Below, piece by piece: positions 17,107 through 25,245 of a DNA stretch of 37,383 bases. A program made the position numbers and the translations under genes. This DNA comes from Paludibacteraceae bacterium (lineage in GTDB: Bacteria > Bacteroidota > Bacteroidia > Bacteroidales > Paludibacteraceae). The first letter of the stretch is position 1, and each line of letters opens with the position of its first letter. The stretch lies in contig JAZQSZ010000121.1 of NCBI GenBank assembly GCA_045630365.1, positions 1-37,383 of the forward strand, in the 5' to 3' direction. The notes beneath the pieces were generated by a model. It saw nothing but the letters and a program-made list of their open reading frames with translations. It did not search any database and had not been told where the DNA came from.

Positions 17107-17819
17107 CTCAAATTCTTATTTATTATTCTAAAGTCTTTCAATGCTTTAACGCCAATCTTAAAGATACGCTTCATGTTGATTGAGTTGACACCGCCCTGAC
17201 GAGGACGGAATGTGATCGGATACCAACCAATGTTATAGTGCCACTTAGTAGCTATAGCTGATATCGCTACATTTGATAGATTATAATCAGTTGGCAAAAT
17301 ATCTATAATTGGCAACAACTTATCCGCCTTCATTAATCTGAAAGGCGTATTAGCATCTTTTACCCACTCATGGAACATCAGCCAAACTACAAAGCGCAAG
17401 GTCTTTGTTACAAATACACGACTAGTGCCATCTTGACGACCTCCACGTGTACCTATTTGGAAGTCATATTGTTTACGATTATCCCACATCTGCCAAAACT
17501 CCTCTGGCAACGTTTGTCCGTCGCTATCGGTTTGGAAAATATAGTCCGCATTCTCGTTAATTGCGTTGCGATATAAATGCAATAGCGTTGCACCATGGCC
17601 AGAATTGGGCTTATTGATAGGTAGTAGCAAAGGATAATCTTTTGTCAGCGTTTCCAACATTTTCCAAGTATTGTCTTTGCTACCATCATTGGCGATAACA
17701 AGTTTGGCATAATCTCCATTTTGAGTGATTCTCTCACAGACAGGATGCCATTGAGCAACAACATCCTTGATATTCGCCTCCTCGTTATACGCAGGCATGA
17801 CAATGTAAAGTGTTTCCAT
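17103..17819 (-). CDS. glycosyltransferase family 2 (polyprenyl-phosphate sugar synthase-like)
   Basis: 238 aa. YIVMPAYNEEANI, VIANDGSKDNT, QTDSDGQ (DXD-like). Confidence 0.8.
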   Translation of the reverse strand: METLYIVMPAYNEEANIKDVVAQWHPVCERITQNGDYAKLVIANDGSKDNTWKMLETLTKDYPLLLPINKPNSGHGATLLHLYRNAINENADYIFQTDSDGQTLPEEFWQMWDNRKQYDFQIGTRGGRQDGTSRVFVTKTLRFVVWLMFHEWVKDANTPFRLMKADKLLPIIDILPTDYNLSNVAISAIATKWHYNIGWYPITFRPRQGGVNSINMKRIFKIGVKALKDFRIINKNLR

Positions 17820-18705
17820 GTGTTAGATATATTTTTTTTATAATTTTATACGCATCTGTCCATACAATTCTGCTATTCCAAGCGAAATTATTTCGATCAA
17901 TTATGTTAACTATATTTGATATTTTTCTGCGCCCCCCCGTAAGCAACTCGTTTATATTCGTGCTATTGTTGGATAAGATTATAAACAAAATAGCATACAC
18001 TATAGCTGCTGGTATATTTGCCACGAGGCCTAAAAGACGAAACACTTTCGTGTGCAATAACATTATAACCACAATAGCAGCACATAACAAATATTTGTCT
18101 ATGTTAGTAGGATGTAATATTCTATACTTTAGCTTATCAGTATTATGCAATGCGTAATTAGACAGAAAACCCGAATAAAAAATAGGATAATAGTAATACA
18201 ACTCTTCTATGGTACGAAAGTCGATGTAATTTCTAATTACGATTATTGCAAAATACAGAATGGCTATATACAACATTGCATAATGCTTATAAAAGCGCAA
18301 TGAGGTTATAAGCATGCACAAAAAAATCATAGGTAAATACCATAAATGTGTTCCGTTGATTGATGTAGGTGTATTCAAACATACTAAATCAGGAAACAAA
18401 CATTTATATAGTAATGCAAAAAAAATCAACGGAAAGAGGATACGACGAACTTTAGTCCACAGGAACCTCAAGAAAGACACCTGCTTTGTTGATGCATAAT
18501 ACAATACAGCCCCTGATATAAAAGTAAACCCACACAAACCAAACATTTTTGCTTGTATGCTCATAAATTTAGCAGAATCTGAAATATGCTCAATTATTGG
18601 ATGCCCTAATGCTGGCCATTCACCATTCAAAGCGCATATCGTATGATGAAATACAATAGCGATACAAGCTAAAACACGCCAATATTGCAACAAGAGATGT
18701 CTCAC
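17785..18705 (-). CDS. acyltransferase family 3 membrane protein (probable O-acetyltransferase)
   Basis: 306 aa, polytopic. The N-terminus WRVLACIAIVFHHT resembles the acyltransferase_3 motif. The 3' end overlaps the GT2 start by 35 nt, so the C-terminus is uncertain. Confidence 0.6.
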   Translation of the reverse strand: MRHLLLQYWRVLACIAIVFHHTICALNGEWPALGHPIIEHISDSAKFMSIQAKMFGLCGFTFISGAVLYYASTKQVSFLRFLWTKVRRILFPLIFFALLYKCLFPDLVCLNTPTSINGTHLWYLPMIFLCMLITSLRFYKHYAMLYIAILYFAIIVIRNYIDFRTIEELYYYYPIFYSGFLSNYALHNTDKLKYRILHPTNIDKYLLCAAIVVIMLLHTKVFRLLGLVANIPAAIVYAILFIILSNNSTNINELLTGGRRKISNIVNIIDRNNFAWNSRIVWTDAYKIIKKIYLTHGNTLHCHACV

Positions 18706-19100
18706 TTATTCGCTTGCTTAAAAGTAATAAACTTGTTAAGTAGATATTGTGTTAACGCTACAACTACAATCGTTATCAATTTGCACACAAACTCATTCCA
18801 ATGGGCAAAATCAACCATTATGTACAACATCAACGTGCTTATTCCAAGTCCTGTTAAGCCAACGGTATAAAACGACAAAGCGCGTTTTAGAGTGCGATCT
18901 TTGACTTTAAAATTAAAATGTCTATTAAGAAAAAACGATATTAAGATACCGATATGTATGCTGATCACATTAGCCCATAGATAAGGCATCATTTCAAAAT
19001 GACACAATAATGTATATACAGCAAAGTCCAACGAAGAACAAAATCCACCTATGATGGCATATAAAATAAGATTACGAAAACGATAGTACAATCCTTTCAT
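18702..19100 (-). CDS. GtrA-family membrane protein
   Basis: 132 aa with four hydrophobic helices. The N-terminus LILYAIIGGFCSSLDFAVYTLL is typical of GtrA-like proteins. A canonical promoter sits immediately upstream. Confidence 0.8.
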   Translation of the reverse strand: MKGLYYRFRNLILYAIIGGFCSSLDFAVYTLLCHFEMMPYLWANVISIHIGILISFFLNRHFNFKVKDRTLKRALSFYTVGLTGLGISTLMLYIMVDFAHWNEFVCKLITIVVVALTQYLLNKFITFKQANK

Positions 19101-19125
19101 ACAAAACGCTTATTAAACAACCGCG

Positions 19126-19157
19126 CAAAATTACAAAAAAAAATGCACATACGCAAA
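19126..19157 (-). promoter_or_regulatory. internal promoter upstream of the GtrA gene
   Basis: On the minus strand: TTTG, N20, TAatTTTG, about 25 nt upstream of ATG 19100. Confidence 0.5.
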
Positions 19158-19222
19158 TATATTTGCATTTTTAGGTAAAATAAATAGATTTTATCTACTT
19201 GTAACTTCTATCTCCGAACTTT

Positions 19223-20380
19223 TCACTTAATCAGCGCTTGCTTCACCGCACTCCCCCACTTCATCACCTGTCTTTTTGCTTTTAGCATCCATATTGGTGT
19301 TTTGTATGTTCGTTTCACGCTCTCAGGCTGCTTACTCCAATCTACTTTCGCCAGTTCTTGAGTCGCTATACCGTGATACTCCTTGCTTAGCCAATATTCG
19401 AGCAGGCCGTTGACGCGAAGTTTGTCTAGCAAACGACGCCAATCGTCGTTTGTTGGTTTATAGGTTATAGGTGATAGGTTATAGGCATTGGTATCGGCTT
19501 TGCTGATTTCCTCACCTTTAATCTTTAAACTCTCACCTATAGTCTCCTCCATGCGGAAGAGCATATGATGCTCTGGAGCATGGAGATTTCTCGTCGCTCT
19601 CAATGTAGCAGGTACATCATTATTATACCATGCTAATGCTTCGTTTAAGAATGCCACTTTATATTGCATTGCTATCTTTGACCATAGCAAGAAGTCTTCA
19701 CCAAGTTTAATACCCAAAGGAAATCCTCCCACTTCTTTAAACACCTTACGTGGAACGGCAACAGAGATAGACGTAACAGGCATAGAATCACCTTCGTAAT
19801 AAGCCTTTGGGTAATTGAAATATCCTGTTTCTATGTTATTAACGGCAACACGTGTTTTACCAGGTTTGTAATACACATAGTTGCATGCATATAGTCCCGC
19901 CTCTGGATAATCCTCAATAAGCTTCGCCATCTTCTCAAGGTAGGTAGGTTCCCACCAGTCGTCGGCGTCGAGGAAGGCGATGTAGTCGCCGCTGCTAGCC
20001 GCTACGCCCGAATTGCGGGCTGCGCTGACGCCAGCGTTCGATTGAGTGATCAAACGAACGCTAAGTTTATAGTTTATAGGTGATAGGTTAGAGGTAATTA
20101 GTTTATAGTTTATAGGTGATAGGTTAGAGGCATTGGTTTCAGCTTCGCTGTCTTCCTCGCCTTTAACCTTTAATCTATAACCTTTAACCTCATCTCTCTC
20201 GCCTTTAACCTTTAATCTTTCATCTATAAACTGTTGAACTATACTAGCAGAGTCATCCGTTGATCCATCGTCCACAACGATGAGTTCGTAGTCGGTATAT
20301 GTCTGTGCAAATACAGAATCAAGCGCCTTACGGATGTAAGGTGCTTTGTTGTACAGTGGTATGATGATCGAGAATTTCAT
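19223..20380 (-). CDS. glycosyltransferase family 2, interrupted by two in-frame palindromic elements
   Basis: 385 aa. FSIIIPLYNKAPYIRKALDSVFAQTYTDYELIVVDDGSTDDS, then a 56-codon repeat-encoded insert before GVSAARNSG...FLDADD. Confidence 0.85.
   Translation of the reverse strand: MKFSIIIPLYNKAPYIRKALDSVFAQTYTDYELIVVDDGSTDDSASIVQQFIDERLKVKGERDEVKGYRLKVKGEEDSEAETNASNLSPINYKLITSNLSPINYKLSVRLITQSNAGVSAARNSGVAASSGDYIAFLDADDWWEPTYLEKMAKLIEDYPEAGLYACNYVYYKPGKTRVAVNNIETGYFNYPKAYYEGDSMPVTSISVAVPRKVFKEVGGFPLGIKLGEDFLLWSKIAMQYKVAFLNEALAWYNNDVPATLRATRNLHAPEHHMLFRMEETIGESLKIKGEEISKADTNAYNLSPITYKPTNDDWRRLLDKLRVNGLLEYWLSKEYHGIATQELAKVDWSKQPESVKRTYKTPIWMLKAKRQVMKWGSAVKQALIK
19455..19542 (-). repeat. in-frame palindromic element in GT2 CDS
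   Basis: Arm ggtttataggttataggtgataggttatagg, core cattggtatcggctttgctgatttcctcacc, arm tttaatctttaaactctcacctatag. Encodes SLKIKGEEISKADTNAYNLSPITYKP. Confidence 0.85.
20063..20230 (-). repeat. in-frame palindromic element (duplicated arms) in GT2 CDS
   Basis: Left arm duplicated (agtttatagtttataggtgataggttagagg x2), core cattggtttcagcttcgctgtcttcctcgcc, then a long CTTTAAC/CTATAAC arm. Encodes KVKGERDEVKGYRLKVKGEEDSEAETNASNLSPINYKLITSNLSPINYKL. Confidence 0.85.
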
Positions 20381-20412
20381 TCTCTCTTAGTTTAAAGTTT
20401 ATAGGTTATAGT
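20381..20412. repeat. heptamer arm (TTTATAG flavour) downstream of 4HB gene
   Basis: tctcttagtttaaagtttataggttatagttt. Confidence 0.75.
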
Positions 20413-20772
20413 TTATAGGCAAGGGTTACGCTTTGCACGGAGCGATGATAACATTTTACCTATTTCATTAACCATTGTTTCTATTTGTTTGTAATCTTCG
20501 ATTGTTATATATTCTAAATCTTTTGCGATATCCATTTGAGCAAGTACCTCCATCAAAGAACCAAAAGCAATATTGATAAAATGTGCTTGTTCTTTTTCAG
20601 CAGTACGCCCCATGCCTTCTGCAATATTGGACGGAATGGATATTACAGCTCTACGCAGTTGATCGCACAAAGCGAATCTTTCATCTGCAGGAAATCCTTT
20701 TATTTTAGCATATACCAACTTAACCAAATCTTTGGATAATTGATATACTATTAAATTCTGAAAATGTGCCAT
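20413..20772 (-). CDS. four-helix-bundle protein (23S rRNA IVS / Avd-like family)
   Basis: 119 aa. KGFPADERFALCDQLRRAVISIPSNIAEGMGR. Confidence 0.9.
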   Translation of the reverse strand: MAHFQNLIVYQLSKDLVKLVYAKIKGFPADERFALCDQLRRAVISIPSNIAEGMGRTAEKEQAHFINIAFGSLMEVLAQMDIAKDLEYITIEDYKQIETMVNEIGKMLSSLRAKRNPCL

Positions 20773-20822
20773 TTCTTCTAGTTTATAGGTTAAAGATTAG
20801 AGGTTAGAGGCGATGGGCCTAA
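20773..20822. repeat. heptamer arm between 4HB and AAA ATPase genes
   Basis: ttcttctagtttataggttaaagattagaggttagaggcgatgggcc. Supplies the ATPase C-terminus and stop. Confidence 0.75.
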
Positions 20823-22043
20823 CATCCAATCTATTACATTTAATTTACGGATTCCATCATAAACTGGATTAAAATCCATATCCGTAGTCAATAAATACTT
20901 TGGATTTGAATCTTTGATTGCTTTCAATGAAGCCAATTCTCTCTCCAATGTTTCTTGGTTTTCTGTAGTCCAAGCCACTTGGTAATAAGATGTATAATCT
21001 TGGTTATCAATCACCACAAAATCTACCTCTAGATTATTACGTTTTCCTATAAACACTTCCTTGTTGCGACGAATCAATTCGAGATAAACCATATTCTCCA
21101 ACCAATGAGAGCGGTCTTTAAGTACACCTTTTTTTAACCTAACTTTGGCAAAAGCAGGATCCACGACATAATACTTATTCAAAGTTTGCAGAAGTCCTTT
21201 ACCCTTAATCTCAAATCGTGGGACTTTGTAGATTAAATAAGCCTCGCATAATGCATCAAGGTATTTTGCTACAGTCTGTTTATCTACAATTGTGCCATTC
21301 GATCGTAACGTATCAGATATAGAACGTGGAGAAACATACGAACCCACACTATCTAACACAAAGTCCAATATCTTATTAAAATCGTGCTTGTTAGTTATAT
21401 TCAAACGTTGAAAGATATCCTTTTCAACAATTGTTGTCAATATACTTTGAACAAACATATTAGCTTGTTTCTCACTAATAGCCAACTGTTTAGCATATTC
21501 AGGAATACCACCATAATGGATAAAATTCGCCAAAATATCATTTTTTGACAAGTTTGGCGATTTTTCAATTGTAAATCCATAATATTCAGCAAATTGCAAA
21601 GGTAGAAGATTAATCTCTACATAGCGACCTGTAAGTAATGTTGCTAATTCACCAGAAAGCATATATGCATTGGAGCCAGTAATATATACATCCACATTGG
21701 ATTTAATATACAAACTATCTACCAGACGCTGAAAATCTTTTACATTTTGAATTTCGTCTAAGAAAATGTAATTAGGCTGGTTTTCTACCAAACGATCTTT
21801 GATATGTGTATGAACTTGGAAAATATCCCCAATAGCTAATGTATCCAAATCCTCAAAATTATAGAATTGTATTTGCTGCTCCTGCACACCGTTTTGCCTC
21901 AATTCTTCCACGAACATTAGCAACAATGTTGACTTGCCACATCTGCGCACACCGGATATCACCTTAATGATATTTTGATCTTTAAGGTCACGCAGCATTT
22001 GCATATACTGCTTTCGCTCTATTAAATTGTGATTATTAATCAT
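20790..22043 (-). CDS. AAA-family ATPase with DUF4143-type C-terminal region
   Basis: 417 aa. Walker A GVRRCGKSTLL and Walker B YIFLDEIQ. The C-terminal GPSPLTSNL and the stop are encoded by the heptamer arm. Confidence 0.8.
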   Translation of the reverse strand: MINNHNLIERKQYMQMLRDLKDQNIIKVISGVRRCGKSTLLLMFVEELRQNGVQEQQIQFYNFEDLDTLAIGDIFQVHTHIKDRLVENQPNYIFLDEIQNVKDFQRLVDSLYIKSNVDVYITGSNAYMLSGELATLLTGRYVEINLLPLQFAEYYGFTIEKSPNLSKNDILANFIHYGGIPEYAKQLAISEKQANMFVQSILTTIVEKDIFQRLNITNKHDFNKILDFVLDSVGSYVSPRSISDTLRSNGTIVDKQTVAKYLDALCEAYLIYKVPRFEIKGKGLLQTLNKYYVVDPAFAKVRLKKGVLKDRSHWLENMVYLELIRRNKEVFIGKRNNLEVDFVVIDNQDYTSYYQVAWTTENQETLERELASLKAIKDSNPKYLLTTDMDFNPVYDGIRKLNVIDWMLGPSPLTSNL

Positions 22044-22044
22044 T

Positions 22045-22154
22045 TTATTTACTAGCTTTTAATCTCTAACCTATCGCCTCTAACCTCTAACCTATAACCT
22101 CTCACCTATAATCTTTAACCTATAACCTATAATCTATCACCTATAATCTTTAAC
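22045..22154. repeat. heptamer array (CCTATAA/CTTTAAC), inverted relative to 20381-20412
   Basis: taatctctaacctatcgcctctaacctctaacctataacctctcacctataatctttaacctataacctataatctatcacctataatctttaacc. Confidence 0.9.
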
Positions 22155-23153
22155 CTATAACCGAAACCATTTCTCTAACTTGAAAAGCACTCTCTCCACA
22201 AAATACACCAACGGATACAACTTCCATCTCCTCAAGCGCTTCATCTGCTCCATTTCAAACGCATGCGTATCATAATCCCACAGCACCGCTGGTGGCATCA
22301 GTTCCTCCAATACTTGTCTTCTCTCTTTATTTCGCAACGCTAGATTGGTCTCACTTATTCCCCCATCATCAAATATCGTCACATCTATATCCACATACAC
22401 TGGTTTCACTCTACCCAATCCTATCGCTTGCAGATACCACTTCCAATCACTCACAATCTTCAGACTCTCATCATACAAGCCATATTCTTCAAACAGATCC
22501 TTGCGGATATATGCACAATCATGGTTAAGGGTTGATTGATAGAATTGACATAACGAATACTCGGTATAACCACTTTTACCTACTATTTGACCAGCGGCAT
22601 TGACTTTCGTCATGTTGCCGTAGAAAATTGGTGTATTTAGTTTATAGTTTATAGATGATAGGTTATAGGCATTGGTATCAGCTCTGCTGTTTTCTTCACC
22701 TTTAATCTTTAAACTATCACCTTTAATCTCAGCGCATTGCGCAGCAAGCGCTGCCATCATTCTCTCAGTCACATCAGGCGCAGCCAATATATCGCCTGAA
22801 TTTAATATCTGAATATACTCCCCCGTCGCCATCTTAATGCCTTTATTCATGGCATTGTAAATGCCCTTATCCTTTTCGGATACCCATATAACCTTATGCG
22901 CAGGATTTTGGTGTGGATAGTCTTCCTTGTTCCCTTCTGCGCAGGATTTTAGCGAGGCATCTATCTCCCCTTCTTTCAGGAAGGGGCTGGGGGTAGGCTT
23001 GTAGATCTCCAAGACCTCTACCGACCCATCGGTGGAGCCACCATCTACAATAATATGTTCGATATTGGGATATGTTTGTGCAGCAACAGAGGCGAGCGTT
23101 TTGCGCAGTCCTTCGGCGTTATTGTAGTTGATGGTTATGATGGAGAGTCTCAT
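22155..23153 (-). CDS. glycosyltransferase family 2 with in-frame repeat insertions
   Basis: 332 aa. LSIITINYNNAEGLRKTLASVAAQTYPNIEHIIVDGGSTDGS. Insert peptides are PSPFLKEGE (GC hairpin) and IKGDSLKIKGEENSRADTNAYNLSSINYKL (palindromic element). Confidence 0.85.
   Translation of the reverse strand: MRLSIITINYNNAEGLRKTLASVAAQTYPNIEHIIVDGGSTDGSVEVLEIYKPTPSPFLKEGEIDASLKSCAEGNKEDYPHQNPAHKVIWVSEKDKGIYNAMNKGIKMATGEYIQILNSGDILAAPDVTERMMAALAAQCAEIKGDSLKIKGEENSRADTNAYNLSSINYKLNTPIFYGNMTKVNAAGQIVGKSGYTEYSLCQFYQSTLNHDCAYIRKDLFEEYGLYDESLKIVSDWKWYLQAIGLGRVKPVYVDIDVTIFDDGGISETNLALRNKERRQVLEELMPPAVLWDYDTHAFEMEQMKRLRRWKLYPLVYFVERVLFKLEKWFRL
22636..22730 (-). repeat. in-frame palindromic element in GT2 CDS
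   Basis: Arm tttagtttatagtttatagatgataggttatagg, core cattggtatcagctctgctgttttcttcacc, arm tttaatctttaaactatcacctttaatctc. Confidence 0.85.
22965..23002 (-). repeat. GC-rich hairpin motif inserted in-frame (ccccttc...gaagggg + ctggggg)
   Basis: ctccccttctttcaggaaggggctgggggtagg encodes PTPSPFLKEGE. A related copy at 13372-13412 encodes LPFRGGFRRGF. Confidence 0.6.
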
Positions 23154-23226
23154 ATTTCTGTTTCGTAGATATATGTTTGCATATTGTAATTAATGGCTTT
23201 CGTCGTATATTGATTATTTATTTACA

Positions 23227-24264
23227 TTATGATTGATGCTTATTATAATACCACTTTGCTAAAGGATAGAATAAGCGTGGATGATTTATCATGAATGTCT
23301 GTAGTACACGTTTTATATACGGTTTCAATGCATAATTCCATCCTGCAACTTTAATCCAAGCATAATCTAAAGGATATACGTCCTCTTGCCTAAAGTCATT
23401 TAGTATCTTTTTATACTCCCTATAGGTAAGTTTGGCACTTACTGCCTGTCTCAATGTACACACCCAGCGCATGTATTTGAGGCGTTCGAAAGGGAAATTC
23501 TGATTAGGACAATGAGCAACTATAAATGCTTTTCGATGTTTAATGGCTAATAATCCACTCTGAATCAACAATTTTTGACGTTCAATAGGTTGGCTATGCG
23601 TATGGCTATAATCTGATGACGTATAATAATTATATAATGGCAAATTGGTAATCACCACTTGTGATGCTACACTATAAAATGCTCCCATAAACGCATCATC
23701 TTCGCGTAAGTGTAAATCTGTGAAGAAACGGACATCATTTTCTTTTATAGTTGATGTTTTGAATACGGCATCTACCACATGATAATCTGAAATATCGTAT
23801 CTATTAAGGGCCTGAGCCTTACCAGAAATAATCTCTACATTAAATTCAAAATCTTTTAGAGAATTATATACACATGGAGCATCATGGTTCAATGAATGTA
23901 TCTTATATTTTACTATATCTGCTTGATGTTTTTCTGCCAAATCAATCATTTGCCCAAGTCCATCTTTTGACAAATAGTCATCCGCATCCACAAAAACGAT
24001 GTATTTACCTCTCGCATTATCAATCCCAAGATTACGTGCAGAGGATACACCACCATTCGGTTTGTTAATTAAACGTACATTATGGTGAGTAGTTGCATAT
24101 TGTTCAACAACCTCTACACCATTATCTTTGCTGCCATCATTAACAACAATTATTTCACTATCCTGATAATCTATACTATCCATACAACGCACAATTACAG
24201 GGGCGCAATTATACATTGGGATAACAACTGACAATAAAGGATTATTTGAAGATGTATCTTGCAT
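23227..24264 (-). CDS. glycosyltransferase family 2
   Basis: 345 aa. LSVVIPMYNCAPVIVRCMDSI, IIVVNDGSKDNG, VFVDADD. Confidence 0.85.
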   Translation of the reverse strand: MQDTSSNNPLLSVVIPMYNCAPVIVRCMDSIDYQDSEIIVVNDGSKDNGVEVVEQYATTHHNVRLINKPNGGVSSARNLGIDNARGKYIVFVDADDYLSKDGLGQMIDLAEKHQADIVKYKIHSLNHDAPCVYNSLKDFEFNVEIISGKAQALNRYDISDYHVVDAVFKTSTIKENDVRFFTDLHLREDDAFMGAFYSVASQVVITNLPLYNYYTSSDYSHTHSQPIERQKLLIQSGLLAIKHRKAFIVAHCPNQNFPFERLKYMRWVCTLRQAVSAKLTYREYKKILNDFRQEDVYPLDYAWIKVAGWNYALKPYIKRVLQTFMINHPRLFYPLAKWYYNKHQS

Positions 24265-25237
24265 GATTGACTATTTTTAGAAATGAACCAATAGGATATA
24301 GCAACAAACATGATAAATTAGGATATTGTATCAAAAACCTTACGATTCCATCCCAATTCATTGCCTGTAATTTTGACAAAGTACTACCTAAATGACGATA
24401 AAATTTACTATAGTCATCTACTTTCCATACTTTCATCATTCCTTTAATGATATTTTGCCTTCCATCTTCCAACATTGTGGTTGCAAATATGATGGACTTG
24501 TCTTTATATGATTGAGCGTCACGAATTTTTCTATAACCAAATTTTATCCAATCTGCTCTATTGATGAAATGCTGACTATGCGTAATTGAAATTGGATTCA
24601 TAACCCAAGTATATATCGGAATATTGAGAATTCCTATTCGATTAGCATGTATCCAATGCCATGCTATCCAATCAGAATCTTCCATAACAACATTTTCTTC
24701 GTATGGTCTTGAGACCTTTTGCAAGAACTCGCGCCTATAGAGATTCGCCCAAGGAGCCAGATTGTATCCTGCTATAAAATATTGCTCACAAAACTCTTTT
24801 CCAGATATGGTCAATCGATTACCATCGTTAATGCCATATTCAATTATATCACCATTCTCTTTTTGAATGTTATAATGGCATGCAAGCATATCAACTTTGT
24901 TATCTATGGCAAACAATAGTGCTTTTATGGCTTCTTGAGTATTGATAAAATCATCTTGATCAGCAAATGCGATATATTCTCCTTTCGCTAATTGAATGCC
25001 TGTATTTTTAGCTCCACCCTGTCGTTTATTGATTGTATGGCGAATAACTTGGATATTATTGTATTTAGTGGTATATTCAACTAATACACTTTTTGCAGAC
25101 ACGGGCGAACAATCATCAACAACAATTATCTCATATTCGCTTTCTTTCAATTCTACAGACAATATACTATCTATACATGTTAAGATAGAATCTTGTCCAT
25201 TATAAAAGGGTATAATATATGAAATTATTTTTCTCAT
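24242..25237 (-). CDS. glycosyltransferase family 2
   Basis: 331 aa. ISYIIPFYNGQDSI, IIVVDDCSP, FADQDD. Confidence 0.85.
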   Translation of the reverse strand: MRKIISYIIPFYNGQDSILTCIDSILSVELKESEYEIIVVDDCSPVSAKSVLVEYTTKYNNIQVIRHTINKRQGGAKNTGIQLAKGEYIAFADQDDFINTQEAIKALLFAIDNKVDMLACHYNIQKENGDIIEYGINDGNRLTISGKEFCEQYFIAGYNLAPWANLYRREFLQKVSRPYEENVVMEDSDWIAWHWIHANRIGILNIPIYTWVMNPISITHSQHFINRADWIKFGYRKIRDAQSYKDKSIIFATTMLEDGRQNIIKGMMKVWKVDDYSKFYRHLGSTLSKLQAMNWDGIVRFLIQYPNLSCLLLYPIGSFLKIVNHARYIFK

Positions 25238-25245
25238 TCTTAAAA

